In this document: positions 9,605 to 19,208 of the stretch, piece after piece
Numbering within the stretch: position 1 is the first letter of the stretch
How the letters are laid out: each line of letters starts with the position of its first letter
Assembly (NCBI GenBank): GCA_002506825.1
Contig: DAYH01000010.1
Span: forward strand, 33,077-97,076
From: Euryarchaeota archaeon UBA103
GTDB taxonomy: Archaea; Thermoplasmatota; Poseidoniia; Poseidoniales; Thalassarchaeaceae
DNA: 64,000 nucleotides
Reading direction: 5' to 3'
Notes under the pieces: generated by a model
Database searches by the model: none
What the model saw: the letters and a program-made list of their open reading frames with translations, nothing else
Told to the model about the DNA's origin: nothing
Translations under genes and position numbers: made by a program

Positions 9605-11332
9605 ATGGACAGTAACATGGCAGGAAAAGGAACCTCTTCATTTGTAGACGATGGCTTCAATCCTGGTGATTGGGATGAAATAAAGCCCTATGTGAATGAG
9701 CTACTGAACAGAAAAATTTCCTGCTCAAAGTGCATTGAAGGAATAATTAGAGATGCATCTGAGCTCTCTGAGCATATCTCAGAAAAGGGAGCACTGTTAT
9801 ACATAGCAATGACCTGTGATACTGAGAGTGACGAAAAAAGGTCTTCTTTCCTAGATTTCGTAGAAAATGTAAGGCCCAAGCTCTCAGAGTTCTCTGATTC
9901 ACTGAATCGTAGATTGATTGAGCATGAGGCTGTAAAGAATCTTCCATCCAGGTATGATTTAATGATTAGATCGATGAAAAATGATGTCGATATATTCAGG
10001 AAGGAGAATATTCCTTTGGGAGTTGAACAGACCAAGTTAGTAACCGAGTCACAGACGATAAATGGGGCAATGACAGTAGAATTCAACGGTAATGAGTATA
10101 CCCTCCCAGAAATGAGGAGATTCTTAGAGTCCAATGAGAGAGCAATCAGAGAGGGAGCTTGGAAGGCCGTATCAGACCGAAGAATGCAAGACGAAGAAAG
10201 GCTCTCGGAGATTTTTGATGAGTTGATAATCATAAGGAGCAAGATAGCAAGAAACGCTGGTTTTGACACATACACAGACTACATGTTTAGGGCGATGGAG
10301 AGGTTTGACTACAGTAAAGAAGACTGTTTAGAGTTCCACGATGCAATTGAGGCTGTATGCGTTCCGTTGATGAGAGAAATAAATTCTCAAAGAGTGGTTT
10401 CTCTAGATTTGGATTTCCTCATGCCTTGGGATGTTAATGAGAAGACGGGAGTAGGGCCTGATTTACAAGGACGGGCACCATTGAAACCCTTCGATAATGT
10501 GGGTGAAATGGTAGAGAAGCTTTCGACACTGTTTCACAACATGTCCGAAGACTTGGGAGAGAAATTCGATATGCTTGTAGAGATGGATACGCTGGATTTG
10601 GATACACGTAAGGGAAAGGCACCTGGTGGCTATCAGTACTATCTACAGAAAAGTAGAGTTCCCTTTATTTTCATGAATGCCGCTGGCTTACAAGGAGATC
10701 TAGAGACTATGATACATGAGGCAGGTCATGCTTTCCATTCAATATATTGTAGTCATCTAGAGCTGATTGGCGAGAGGGGGTATCCGATAGAATTCGCTGA
10801 AGTAGCTTCTATGTCTATGGAACTAATGACACAGGAGCAATGGGGTGAGTTCTATGATGAAGAAGAGGCCAATAGAGCTAAGATGGGCCATTTAGAAGGA
10901 GTTATTTTCCTACTCCCATGGATAGCGACAATTGACTCATTCCAACATTGGATTTACTCAAATCCTGAACACACCAGGGAAGAGAGAGCAAGAGTCTGGA
11001 ACTCAATTAGAGATAGGTTCGGATCGAATATGAATTGGGAGGAATATACAAAATTCCGAGATGTCTCATGGCAACAGCAGGGACATCTATTCGGAGTGCC
11101 ATTCTACTATGTTGAGTATGGAATTGCCCAGCTAGGTGCACTGCAATTATGGAGAACCCAAAGGAAAGATCCGGAAAAGGCACTCTCCGATTATTCTAAT
11201 GCGATGAGGCTTGGTAACACTAAAACTCTTCCAGAGCTATTTACCGCGGCAGACATCAAATTAGGATTTGATGAGCGCCATTTGAGCTCATTAATTCAAG
11301 AAGTCAGAACTGCTATGGCTGAACTGAACTGA
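9605..11332 (+). CDS. pepF: Oligoendopeptidase F (M3B metallopeptidase)
   Basis: Zinc motif 'HEAGHAFH', a downstream 'EFAEVASMSMELM', and a length (575 aa) and overall pattern typical of PepF. Confidence 0.8.
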   Translation: MDSNMAGKGTSSFVDDGFNPGDWDEIKPYVNELLNRKISCSKCIEGIIRDASELSEHISEKGALLYIAMTCDTESDEKRSSFLDFVENVRPKLSEFSDSLNRRLIEHEAVKNLPSRYDLMIRSMKNDVDIFRKENIPLGVEQTKLVTESQTINGAMTVEFNGNEYTLPEMRRFLESNERAIREGAWKAVSDRRMQDEERLSEIFDELIIIRSKIARNAGFDTYTDYMFRAMERFDYSKEDCLEFHDAIEAVCVPLMREINSQRVVSLDLDFLMPWDVNEKTGVGPDLQGRAPLKPFDNVGEMVEKLSTLFHNMSEDLGEKFDMLVEMDTLDLDTRKGKAPGGYQYYLQKSRVPFIFMNAAGLQGDLETMIHEAGHAFHSIYCSHLELIGERGYPIEFAEVASMSMELMTQEQWGEFYDEEEANRAKMGHLEGVIFLLPWIATIDSFQHWIYSNPEHTREERARVWNSIRDRFGSNMNWEEYTKFRDVSWQQQGHLFGVPFYYVEYGIAQLGALQLWRTQRKDPEKALSDYSNAMRLGNTKTLPELFTAADIKLGFDERHLSSLIQEVRTAMAELN

Positions 11333-11356
11333 GTCGGACACGGGGTCCGCGGGTGA

Positions 11357-12358
11357 TCAATCCCGCAGACCCTCGCTTGTCACGTTGAAGACCGCCTCCC
11401 CATCAGGCAGGTTAGGACTGTCTACCAGGCGAGCAATTCTACGGCCCCCCTTGGACTTCCTAAGGTACAGGCGGAACGTACTTGCGTGGCCTACGATATG
11501 GCCACCTATTGGCTTAGTTGGATCTCCCCACATAGCATCTGGCTTGGAGTGTACCTGATTAGTCACTAGCACGAGTGCATTGTTGACGTCTGCTAGCTTT
11601 TTCAGGTCCTTGAGATGACGATTGAGCTTTTGCTGTCTGGCGGCTAGCATCCCACGACCCAGATACTCAGCTCTAAAGTGACTAGTGAGTGAATCAACGA
11701 TAATCAGTCTGACGTCTATACTTCTCCCCATTCTCTGTATTTCGTCCACTAGTAGCATCTGGTGTGCTGAGTTGTACGCTCTGGCAACATGAATTCTCTC
11801 TAGTACTTCTGAAGGGTCGAGTCCCATTCCCTCGGCCATCTGAGTAATTCTTTCGGGCCTGAAGGTATCCTCTGTATCGATGTAGAAAACCTCTCCTCCG
11901 AATCCTCCCTGTTCCATGGGAAGTACACAATTGACTGCTAGCTGGTGGCCAACCTGGGTCTTACCACTGCCAAATTCACCATATACTTCGACTATTGACT
12001 GTGTCTCAAATCCACCTCCAAGTAGTTCATCGAGGGAAGAGGTTGAGGAGGTGAGCTTCTTGACCTTGCTTCTCTTATCTAGTAATGCAACGCCACTAAT
12101 GAATCCTCCAATATTTGCGAGTTTCTTTGCTCCAGCAATAATTTTCGCTGAAACCGCCTCTCCTAGCTCGGCCTGTTCTCCCAGTTCGGAGGGACTCATT
12201 ACAGCGATAGCAAGTAAGTCATCAAATCCTGCATCTCTGAGTTTTTCAGCTGTGGCTGGACCCACGCCTGGCAGATCCTCAATAGTTGCTTGTGGCTCAT
12301 CTACATCAATCACTAGTTCTTCTTCATCGACCTTTTCACTTGCTGTCTTTTCGTCCAT
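11357..12358 (-). CDS. radA: DNA repair and recombination protein RadA
   Basis: N-terminal HhH '[18 protein letters not shown]', Walker A 'GEFGSGKTQ', Walker B 'LIIVDSL'. Start chosen at ATG 12358, preceded by GGTGA. The ORF track extends to 12406. Confidence 0.95.
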   Translation of the reverse strand: MDEKTASEKVDEEELVIDVDEPQATIEDLPGVGPATAEKLRDAGFDDLLAIAVMSPSELGEQAELGEAVSAKIIAGAKKLANIGGFISGVALLDKRSKVKKLTSSTSSLDELLGGGFETQSIVEVYGEFGSGKTQVGHQLAVNCVLPMEQGGFGGEVFYIDTEDTFRPERITQMAEGMGLDPSEVLERIHVARAYNSAHQMLLVDEIQRMGRSIDVRLIIVDSLTSHFRAEYLGRGMLAARQQKLNRHLKDLKKLADVNNALVLVTNQVHSKPDAMWGDPTKPIGGHIVGHASTFRLYLRKSKGGRRIARLVDSPNLPDGEAVFNVTSEGLRD

Positions 12359-12393
12359 TGTCTCACCTTGTATGATGCTGACTGATAGTCCGA

Positions 12394-12404
12394 AGTATAT
12401 GAAC
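12394..12404 (-). promoter_or_regulatory. TATA box (GTTCATATACT) of radA
   Basis: Centred about 41 nt upstream of ATG 12358, which leaves a leader of about 15 nt containing the GGTGA. It shares the core GTTCATATA with the tRNA promoter at 12596-12606. Confidence 0.4.
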
Positions 12405-12498
12405 AAACGATGGGGTGCGTTTGCTATTTGAAAGTGATTTTTACTATTGATTTGCTTACAGTATAGCGTTTCTTCACTTTCAGTTTAGATTTAGTTTT

Positions 12499-12576
12499 TG
12501 GTAACGGGTGGTGGATTTGAACCACCGATCTCCGGGTTATGAGCCCGACGAGATAACCTGACTACTCCAACCCGTT
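12499..12576 (-). tRNA. tRNA-Met (anticodon CAT), initiator type, with genomically encoded CCA
   Basis: Hand-folded cloverleaf: acceptor AACGGGT/ACCCGTT (A1:U72), D arm with GG, anticodon stem TCGGG/CCCGG with three G:C pairs next to loop CTCATAA, variable AGATC, T arm GGTGG-TTCAAAT-CCACC, discriminator A, then CCA. Confidence 0.85.
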
Positions 12577-12595
12577 GCCATTCCGGCGCAATGGG

Positions 12596-12606
12596 AATAT
12601 ATGAAC
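12596..12606 (-). promoter_or_regulatory. TATA box (GTTCATATATT) of tRNA-iMet; possibly bidirectional towards pyrC
   Basis: Centre lies about 24 nt upstream of the mature tRNA 5' end (12576). The same AT-rich element lies 50-80 nt upstream of the pyrC starts on the other strand. Confidence 0.4.
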
Positions 12607-12652
12607 ACAACCTCACGGTCTGATAATTTATCATGGCAATGGTGATGAGGTA

Positions 12653-14035
12653 GTGTCCCTACGATCTGTTGGTGGCGCAATGAGCGGGGACCTTCTAATT
12701 CAAAATGTTATGATGGTCCTCCCCAGTGGAATTGTCGAAGGTGATTTGCGCATTATCAAAGGGACAATCAGAACCATTGCGCCCAATGGTGGCATTGAAC
12801 CTGTTTTAGATGAGATGGTTATCGATGGCACTGGATTACACCTGCTGCCGGGGGCTATTGATCCTCATGTGCACTTCAGAGATCCTGGCCATCCAGAGAA
12901 AGAGGATTTGGAAAGCGGCAGTAGAGCCGCTGCTTCTGGGGGCATTACCTCCTTTCTTGATATGCCGAACACTGTTCCAAATGCTATCAATCGAATATCA
13001 TTGGAACAGAAGATTTCCTTAGCTTCAAAGAAGGCTGTAACTCATCATGGCTTCTTCATCGGAGCTACCGCTAACAATGTCGCTGATTTGCGTAGTGTCG
13101 AAGGAATGCAGGGTGTGTGTGGAATAAAGATCTTCATGGGAAGTAGTACTGGTGATTTATTGGTTCATGAGCAAAAGCACCTCGAGGATATCTTCGCAAA
13201 TACAGGAGGGGTAATTGCCACTCATGCTGAAGATGAAGATAGGCTTCAATCTAGAATACCTCAATTTGGACATAGGAAGGATATTGCCGCTCACGCTGAG
13301 TGTAGAGATGTCGAGTGTGCTCTTATCGCCACCAAGAGAGCCTCGGCACTAGCTAAGGACCATGATCATAGGCTTCACATCGTCCACTTGACTAGTGGAG
13401 CTGAAGCCGATTGGCTTAGTCTGAATAAGGGAGATTTGATTACTACCGAAGTGTGTACCCAACACCTTACTTTCGATCAGGATGATGTGGAAGATCTCGG
13501 AGTACGGGCTCTGATGAATCCTCCCATTCGATATACTGAAGATCGGGATACACTTTGGAAGCGATTGAAAGATGGTACAATTGATTGCATCGTGACTGAT
13601 CACGCGCCTCACACTCTAGAAGCAAAATCAGTCGGTTATCCTACTGCTCCAGCGGGAATGCCAGGGGTCGAAACCTCGTTGCCGATGATGTTGACCCATG
13701 CCATGGATGGCAAGTGCAGTGTTACTGATGTAGTGAATTGGATGTGCGTCGGTCCTGCAAGGGTCTATGGAATGAAAAATAAGGGTTCACTGATTGAGGG
13801 TTATGATGGTGATCTGACTCTCGTCGATCTCGAAACGAGGCGGGTCATAAACGACTCTGATACTTGGACCAGAGTTGGATGGACCCCCTATGCAGGTAGA
13901 GAGCTAACTGGCTGGCCAATCTACACCATCGTTGATGGGACAGTAGTACACATGCGGGAAGCGGGAGGGCCTCTTCGGGGGATGCCCATGGCCCTTCCTG
14001 GGTCTACGGGAAAGGCCCTTAGGTTCGGTTACTGA
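12653..14035 (+). CDS. pyrC: Dihydroorotase (amidohydrolase superfamily)
   Basis: 'DPHVHFRDPGHPEKEDLESGSRAAASGGITSFLDMPNTVP', 'IATHAED', 'HIVHLTS', 'VTDHAPH'. The track start at 12653 is GTG; ATG 12680 ('MSGDLLIQNV') is a likely alternative. Confidence 0.8.
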   Translation: MSLRSVGGAMSGDLLIQNVMMVLPSGIVEGDLRIIKGTIRTIAPNGGIEPVLDEMVIDGTGLHLLPGAIDPHVHFRDPGHPEKEDLESGSRAAASGGITSFLDMPNTVPNAINRISLEQKISLASKKAVTHHGFFIGATANNVADLRSVEGMQGVCGIKIFMGSSTGDLLVHEQKHLEDIFANTGGVIATHAEDEDRLQSRIPQFGHRKDIAAHAECRDVECALIATKRASALAKDHDHRLHIVHLTSGAEADWLSLNKGDLITTEVCTQHLTFDQDDVEDLGVRALMNPPIRYTEDRDTLWKRLKDGTIDCIVTDHAPHTLEAKSVGYPTAPAGMPGVETSLPMMLTHAMDGKCSVTDVVNWMCVGPARVYGMKNKGSLIEGYDGDLTLVDLETRRVINDSDTWTRVGWTPYAGRELTGWPIYTIVDGTVVHMREAGGPLRGMPMALPGSTGKALRFGY

Positions 14036-14045
14036 GTAAATCGCG

Positions 14046-16610
14046 CTAATCCTCGCAGTTTTCTGTGTCGGGTTCATTGCAAGGGTGAGTTGTACTATCT
14101 TCTGACGAAGATTCAGGCTCTCCTCCGTCTTCATCTGGATTTACTGAGTCATCTGAGTCGACTTCTCCCTCTACTTGGTAGTAGTAAACATCTGGATATT
14201 CATGGCCTGGAATCTCGAGATCGACCATGGAAGTGAGTTCATCTACACTGTGTACTGATGCTCCCGCTGCGGAGAACGAATAGATGTAGTCGCCCATGAA
14301 GATAGACCGGCGGATACTGGTAGAGCTCCCCCACCATCCAGATAGCCCATCCTCATTATAGAAAGAGGAGTGATCGACCATGCCATGGGATGAAAGCGTT
14401 CCATTCTCAGCATCAACATCTACAAGCTCCAAAGTAGATACGAACTCATACCCAGAGTAGACATATGTCTTACCATCGATCTCGACCTCGTCGTATGAAT
14501 ACCTGTATGTGGAGAGAGGTATCGCCAGTAGCTTCTCGGGGGCCCAGAAGGTGAATGCCTTGTGCTCGTATGTAGCCTCTGAGTAAGACCACGACCAACC
14601 ACAGCCCCAATCATCACATTCCTCATCCTCATAGCCAGGGGATAACTGCAGTGAGTCGGCTAGCGTTGGATTTGTCGGGTCACTAACATCGAATAGGGAG
14701 ACTTGGGTTATCGACCAGTCTAGACCTAGGCCGTCTGGCCCAGGACCGATTCCAATGGTCAGTAAGGTTTCGGAGTCCACTGGATGAATATATGTGGAAA
14801 CTCCTGGAACCTCCAATTCTCCCAGTATGGTTGGATTGGCAGGGTTTGTCAAGTCTATTACCCACAGGGGATCAATAGTTTCGAAGGTGACAAGGTATGC
14901 CCTATCGCCGACGAAGCGTGCGCTCCAGATTCGCTCATTGGGAGCTATGTCCCCTATATGTCCTAGCTGAATCAACTCCGACGAGTCGACAATGCATTCA
15001 CTGGTAGAGCACATTGTCTGACCTGCATAGGTAAACTCAGAAGTACAGGTACAGCTCTCCGAGACCTCTAATGTGAACACATTATTTGTTGGCCCGTTCC
15101 ATTCCTCAGTACCTTCTAGCCACCAGCGTCCCCATGCATCTTCTGTAGTGGCTACACGAATCACTCCATTGTACTCAGAGATAGAAAACTGGTCCTGAAC
15201 TGTCCCATCAACTCTTCCCGATGCGAGATAGGTAGTCTCAGAAGGGTCACTAATGTCGAAGACGTGGATATTAGTAGCATCGTCCCAATCGAAGTTTCTC
15301 CAGAACCACCACCAGTCATTGGCTGGTTCTGCAAGTACCATGAAATCCTGTGAGGCGTACACGTGCGCCCATGATGAAGTGATGTGATCTAGTTGCATCT
15401 GTGGTTCCTCTCCGAGTAGCTCGATGGTCATGATTGTGCTGAATCCACGGCCCGCGCTGTCTGAACTGGCTGAGTACTCACTGCAATCATCGGACGTGGT
15501 TGGGTGCTGGGAAAGACCGTCTTCACCTAGCTCATAGACATGAGGCGCGAAGTCGTCCAGAGTCAGATTGTCGATAATAGCCCGGTTGGAGGCAATGGTA
15601 TCCTCCATACTCTGGTTCCAGATATCCATCTTCTCCTCTTCATCATCCATCCCCCAATATGTATCTGGAAGGTATACCCAAGTCCTTAGTCCATCGATAT
15701 TAGTCCATAGATGGGTGACAGAGCGCATTGTTCCATCCACTAGTCTGGCAGTGTGGTAGTTCCCCTCGATGTAGAGTTCGCTCTCAACTTCGGGAGCGTT
15801 TCTGTCAGTGATGTCAACTACAGTGTACTTTACTAGATTTTGAACGCGTGTGTATGTGTAGGAGTACTCTTCCTCGCCGGGATAGCTTACTGTGACCTCT
15901 TCGGACATCAGCTCCCTAAGTGGATCGTCATTAGGCAGGTTCCAGTGATAGATAGAAGACACAATCACCAGTCTGTCTTCCTCCAGCATCATCTGTATCG
16001 GAGAACCCTGGATACTGATATTGGACTCTAGTGTGAGTTCGCCAAACTCGGGAACTCCCATGATGACCAGAAGGTTTCCGTTTAGCATGTAGATATGATA
16101 TCCATCAGTCTTCAGGAAGTCGGCCTCGTCGACACCATCCTCCTGGTTGTTGGTTCCAGAAAACTGTCCCTCACGTCCCGAATCGCTATCTTTAGAAGCT
16201 CCTGAATTAGATCCAGAATCGGCTTCTGTGGCCTCGGGAGAACCATCCATCATAGCGACACCATCCTCGGCGAAGGCGACTCCACCACGCCATGCGGGAC
16301 TTGCCCAGTGCCAGTATGACTGCTGGTCCAGAGAAACTAGCATCTCGTTGTATATTGATTCCTTCAGATCTGCCAGCAGGGGTTCGCACTGGCCATAGGT
16401 CTCAAGCACGGGAGAAGTCCTCTCACGAGCTGGGAGATCGAGATGGGGGTATTCACTATCGAGCCAGTCTAGGACCGAGTCAATGACATCATCCTCAATT
16501 TCAGCTATGTCCTCGATTGCGGAAAGACAACCTGCGCTGAGCATCATAGTGAGGACGAAAACTGTGGCGTACTTCTTACTGTTCATGACAGTCGCAACGT
16601 GATTCCACAT
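14046..16610 (-). CDS. Secreted beta-propeller-domain protein (COG4880/Beta_propel-like), possibly a lipoprotein
   Basis: 'GTNNQEDGVDEADFLKTDGYHIYMLNGNLLVI' and the later 'SARFVGDRAYLVTFETIDPLWVIDL' are characteristic of that family. N-terminal 'MNSKKYATVFVLTMMLSAGC' (alternative start 16586) is lipobox-like. Confidence 0.65.
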   Translation of the reverse strand: MWNHVATVMNSKKYATVFVLTMMLSAGCLSAIEDIAEIEDDVIDSVLDWLDSEYPHLDLPARERTSPVLETYGQCEPLLADLKESIYNEMLVSLDQQSYWHWASPAWRGGVAFAEDGVAMMDGSPEATEADSGSNSGASKDSDSGREGQFSGTNNQEDGVDEADFLKTDGYHIYMLNGNLLVIMGVPEFGELTLESNISIQGSPIQMMLEEDRLVIVSSIYHWNLPNDDPLRELMSEEVTVSYPGEEEYSYTYTRVQNLVKYTVVDITDRNAPEVESELYIEGNYHTARLVDGTMRSVTHLWTNIDGLRTWVYLPDTYWGMDDEEEKMDIWNQSMEDTIASNRAIIDNLTLDDFAPHVYELGEDGLSQHPTTSDDCSEYSASSDSAGRGFSTIMTIELLGEEPQMQLDHITSSWAHVYASQDFMVLAEPANDWWWFWRNFDWDDATNIHVFDISDPSETTYLASGRVDGTVQDQFSISEYNGVIRVATTEDAWGRWWLEGTEEWNGPTNNVFTLEVSESCTCTSEFTYAGQTMCSTSECIVDSSELIQLGHIGDIAPNERIWSARFVGDRAYLVTFETIDPLWVIDLTNPANPTILGELEVPGVSTYIHPVDSETLLTIGIGPGPDGLGLDWSITQVSLFDVSDPTNPTLADSLQLSPGYEDEECDDWGCGWSWSYSEATYEHKAFTFWAPEKLLAIPLSTYRYSYDEVEIDGKTYVYSGYEFVSTLELVDVDAENGTLSSHGMVDHSSFYNEDGLSGWWGSSTSIRRSIFMGDYIYSFSAAGASVHSVDELTSMVDLEIPGHEYPDVYYYQVEGEVDSDDSVNPDEDGGEPESSSEDSTTHPCNEPDTENCED

Positions 16611-16640
16611 ATCAAGAGAATGGTAAATTGACTTGACAAA

Positions 16641-16850
16641 TCAATACAGTATTCTGTGTACTGTAGGGAGGATGGTTTCTCTGAGTGGGAAGTCGGTTAT
16701 GTTCAACCTAGCTGTATTTCTCGGCTCTGCTTCTACCTCCTCATCGTCACTCATCGTTTCAACGCCTCCATGATCACTACCGGAGACGAGGTTCTGCGTG
16801 CCGCCTAGGAAGATCAGGGCGGCGATCTGTAGATCCAAGTTCTGGTCCAT
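16641..16850 (-). CDS. Hypothetical 69-aa acidic protein (ORF evidence only)
   Basis: It is the only ORF in a 340-bp gap between the csp terminator and the beta-propeller gene, and it runs in the same direction as both. No recognisable motif and no clear SD. Confidence 0.25.
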   Translation of the reverse strand: MDQNLDLQIAALIFLGGTQNLVSGSDHGGVETMSDDEEVEAEPRNTARLNITDFPLRETILPTVHRILY

Positions 16851-16910
16851 GAAGATTCATCATCAGAATCTATGACTTAAGCGACTTGCCTTCTTGCGTC
16901 ATCTATGCTT

Positions 16911-16947
16911 CAAAGAAAAGGATGCACTGTAGGCATCTAGAGAAAAA
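16911..16947 (-). terminator. Terminator region of csp: a T5 tract directly after the stop, plus hairpin GATGC-N7-GCATC followed by CTTTTCTTTG
   Basis: Read on the minus strand downstream of the TAG at 16954-16952. Oligo-T tracts are the established archaeal termination signal. Confidence 0.35.
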
Positions 16948-16951
16948 GTAT

Positions 16952-17143
16952 CTACTCTACCTTTCTGACGTTGATAGCATTGGGCCCCTTTGGTCCCTCT
17001 CCAACTTCGAACTCCACAGAGTCCCCCTCTCTTATCTGTCCCTCGACTTGGGACTTGTGTACGAATAGATCGTCACCCTCTTCCTGCTCGATGAATCCAT
17101 ATCCTTTTGTGAAGTTATACCATTTTACTGTTCCTAGTGCCAT
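16952..17143 (-). CDS. csp: Cold-shock protein (CspA family, S1-like OB fold)
   Basis: 'GTVKWYNFTKGYGFIEQEEGDDLFVHKSQV' carries the RNP1 (KGYGFI) and RNP2 (DLFVH) motifs. Start placed at ATG 17143 ('MALGTVKW'). The ORF-track extension to 17206 is unlikely. Confidence 0.9.
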   Translation of the reverse strand: MALGTVKWYNFTKGYGFIEQEEGDDLFVHKSQVEGQIREGDSVEFEVGEGPKGPNAINVRKVE

Positions 17144-17219
17144 TGTGCCTTGGCGATTCGACATAGTACTTGAACAGGACTGAACAATGACCTCTTTTGA
17201 CGTCAAATGTGCACTATTG

Positions 17220-18128
17220 TCAGATAGCCGCCTCGGCTTTTGAGAGCCTTCTTGAACTATCGAGGATCTCCTTCCCCCTAGTTGAAATTCGCCAGTTTGG
17301 CCTCTTACTTTCTGATGAAGGCTCGATGATGTCGGACTTTCTGAGTTCTGACAAGTGATGACTCAGTAGTTGTCTGGAAATCAGTATCCTCTTCCTGATC
17401 TCAGTTCCAGACAATCCCAATGACCCTGAATCCGATAATACATCGAGGATAGCTAGCCTGGTCCCTACTATTGGGCTCGTGATAAGTCCGATTTCCTCTC
17501 TGGATATTGAGGAAATTGCGTAGCGCCTTAATTTGCCATCTCTCCAAGAGATAACCTGATTCTTCGACTCCAATACCTGAAGGTGATATGCCGTGACTCC
17601 GTTTGCTAGTCCTAGAGCGTCCCTCAATGCTGAGAAATGAATTCCAGCATTAGCCTCCAAGTATCCTAGTATACGGCCTCTTGTCAGTAAATCATCTCTT
17701 GTTGAGTTAAACTTGGCAAGTAAAGGAGAAAATAATGCCATCAATACAGTGACTCTGACGAATTCAAATAAAATCGACCCCATCATAATGGAACCGAGAG
17801 TGCTTGCCCCACCTATGATCAGATTACTCGGCAAGTCTGATTCTGTTGAGGTGGTACCTGCTCCTTCTTCTCTTTCTTCATATGCCCCATCTGTGTTTTG
17901 TTCCTCTTCGGGGTTATCGTCTTGCGACTCGAATGAATCCGCCATTATCAGCTGATTGTAATCCTCATCTCCTTCTTCTGTTAAGGCGGATTCATGTATA
18001 GAAAGCCAGTATCCAGAGATGATTGCAAGGATAGCAATCATACTTAGGAGTCGTACAGTAAGCACTCCGCGCATCGTATATCGCAGGAGATTCCCCTCTT
18101 TGACTGGCTTGGTGAGTTGATTTGACAT
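17220..18128 (-). CDS. Membrane-associated regulator with two winged-helix (ArsR-like) domains
   Basis: TM segments 'VRLLSMIAILAIISGYWL' and 'IIGGASTLGSIMMGSILFEFVRVTVLMALFSPLL'. wHTH 1 'GIHFSALRDALGLANGVTAYHLQVLESKNQV'. wHTH 2 'LSGTEIRKRILISRQLLSHHLSELRKSDII'. Paralogous to 62803..63474. Confidence 0.6.
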   Translation of the reverse strand: MSNQLTKPVKEGNLLRYTMRGVLTVRLLSMIAILAIISGYWLSIHESALTEEGDEDYNQLIMADSFESQDDNPEEEQNTDGAYEEREEGAGTTSTESDLPSNLIIGGASTLGSIMMGSILFEFVRVTVLMALFSPLLAKFNSTRDDLLTRGRILGYLEANAGIHFSALRDALGLANGVTAYHLQVLESKNQVISWRDGKLRRYAISSISREEIGLITSPIVGTRLAILDVLSDSGSLGLSGTEIRKRILISRQLLSHHLSELRKSDIIEPSSESKRPNWRISTRGKEILDSSRRLSKAEAAI

Positions 18129-18172
18129 TCGGAGTGTCCTTGAATGACGACCTTCTCCGAGGGACGAAGCAG

Positions 18173-19204
18173 ATGGCGGAAGAGAGCCTAGATATTACCT
18201 CAAATGCGAATGAGCTGGCCGAAGCTATGCTAACAGCTTCCAGATCCGTAGTCAGGACTTGTATGCAGATTAGGCCGTCAGAACATGTTTTGATAGTGAC
18301 GGATCCGGATTGTTCTGAAGTAGGCCAGTCACTTTATGAGGCCGCCGCAGAAGTGACCGACAGAGTTCTTCTGATGATGATGCCCCCCTCTCACAAGAAG
18401 AGGGCTGAGCCTCCTGATCCTGTGGCTGAGCTGATGAGGCAACAGGATGTGGTGCTGATAGCTACGAAGAGCTCTTTGACTCACACGAGGGCTAGGAGAA
18501 ACGCTTCTAGGGAGAATGCAAGGATAGCATCTATGCCTGGAATTACATCTGAAATACTAGCCAAGGGTGGAATGACTGCAGACTATGGTGCCATGAAAAA
18601 GGAGATTTCGGGACTGAATGCATTACTTAGAAAGAGGACGTCGGTCAGAGTGAAGTCTTCTTCTGGTACTGATTTGACATTCAGCACTGGGGCGAGGTGG
18701 ATATTGGAGGATAACGGAATTTGCAACAGACCTGGGCAAATCACCAATCTTCCTACAGGCAAGGTCTTCGTTCTCCCCAAGGAAGGCTCTGCGAATGGAA
18801 AGATTGTGATTGATGGGTCTCTGGATGGAGAGATTGTTGGGGAGCCGGTAGTCTTACTAATTGAGAATGGAAATGTAATCAATATCTCAGGAGGGGAACA
18901 TGCAGAAAGTATGATCTCTAAGATGGACTCAGTCAGAGGAATTGTGAAAACCTCTCAGATTGAGATGGTTGGAACTCTAGCAGAGTTCGGTTTCGGTATG
19001 AATGCAAGATCGCATCTTTCTGGCAGTCAGCTGGAGGATCAGGTAGTTAGAGGGTCATCGTATGTCGCAATTGGCGATAATTCCTCACTTGGGGGGACAT
19101 CCAGAGTGGGCTATCAGATCAGAGGAGTTATGCTAAAGCCCACCATTGAGCTAGAAGATGTAGATTTGGTCGTAGAAGGTAAAGTGACCGCTAGAAAGCG
19201 GTGA
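18173..19204 (+). CDS. M29-family aminopeptidase (aminopeptidase T/PepS-like)
   Basis: Pattern 'ELAEAML...IRPSEHVLIVTD' then 'GKIVIDGSLDG...' resembles COG2309 aminopeptidases. Start set at ATG 18173; the track begins at TTG 18122, which would overlap the divergent gene. Confidence 0.5.
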   Translation: MAEESLDITSNANELAEAMLTASRSVVRTCMQIRPSEHVLIVTDPDCSEVGQSLYEAAAEVTDRVLLMMMPPSHKKRAEPPDPVAELMRQQDVVLIATKSSLTHTRARRNASRENARIASMPGITSEILAKGGMTADYGAMKKEISGLNALLRKRTSVRVKSSSGTDLTFSTGARWILEDNGICNRPGQITNLPTGKVFVLPKEGSANGKIVIDGSLDGEIVGEPVVLLIENGNVINISGGEHAESMISKMDSVRGIVKTSQIEMVGTLAEFGFGMNARSHLSGSQLEDQVVRGSSYVAIGDNSSLGGTSRVGYQIRGVMLKPTIELEDVDLVVEGKVTARKR

Positions 19205-19208
19205 TGTA

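Noticed and set aside
9688-10275. 195-aa minus-strand ORF
   Set aside because: It lies entirely antisense inside pepF, which has strong family motifs (HEAGHAFH). The translation is S/L/I-rich low complexity, typical of a shadow ORF.
11347-11367. Hairpin GCGGG-N8-CCCGC between the convergent pepF and radA
   Set aside because: The stem is only 5 bp, it overlaps the radA stop, and no T-tract follows. That is not enough to call a terminator.
11916-12431. 171-aa plus-strand ORF
   Set aside because: It is antisense to radA. The S/P/T-rich product has no motif, so it is a shadow ORF.
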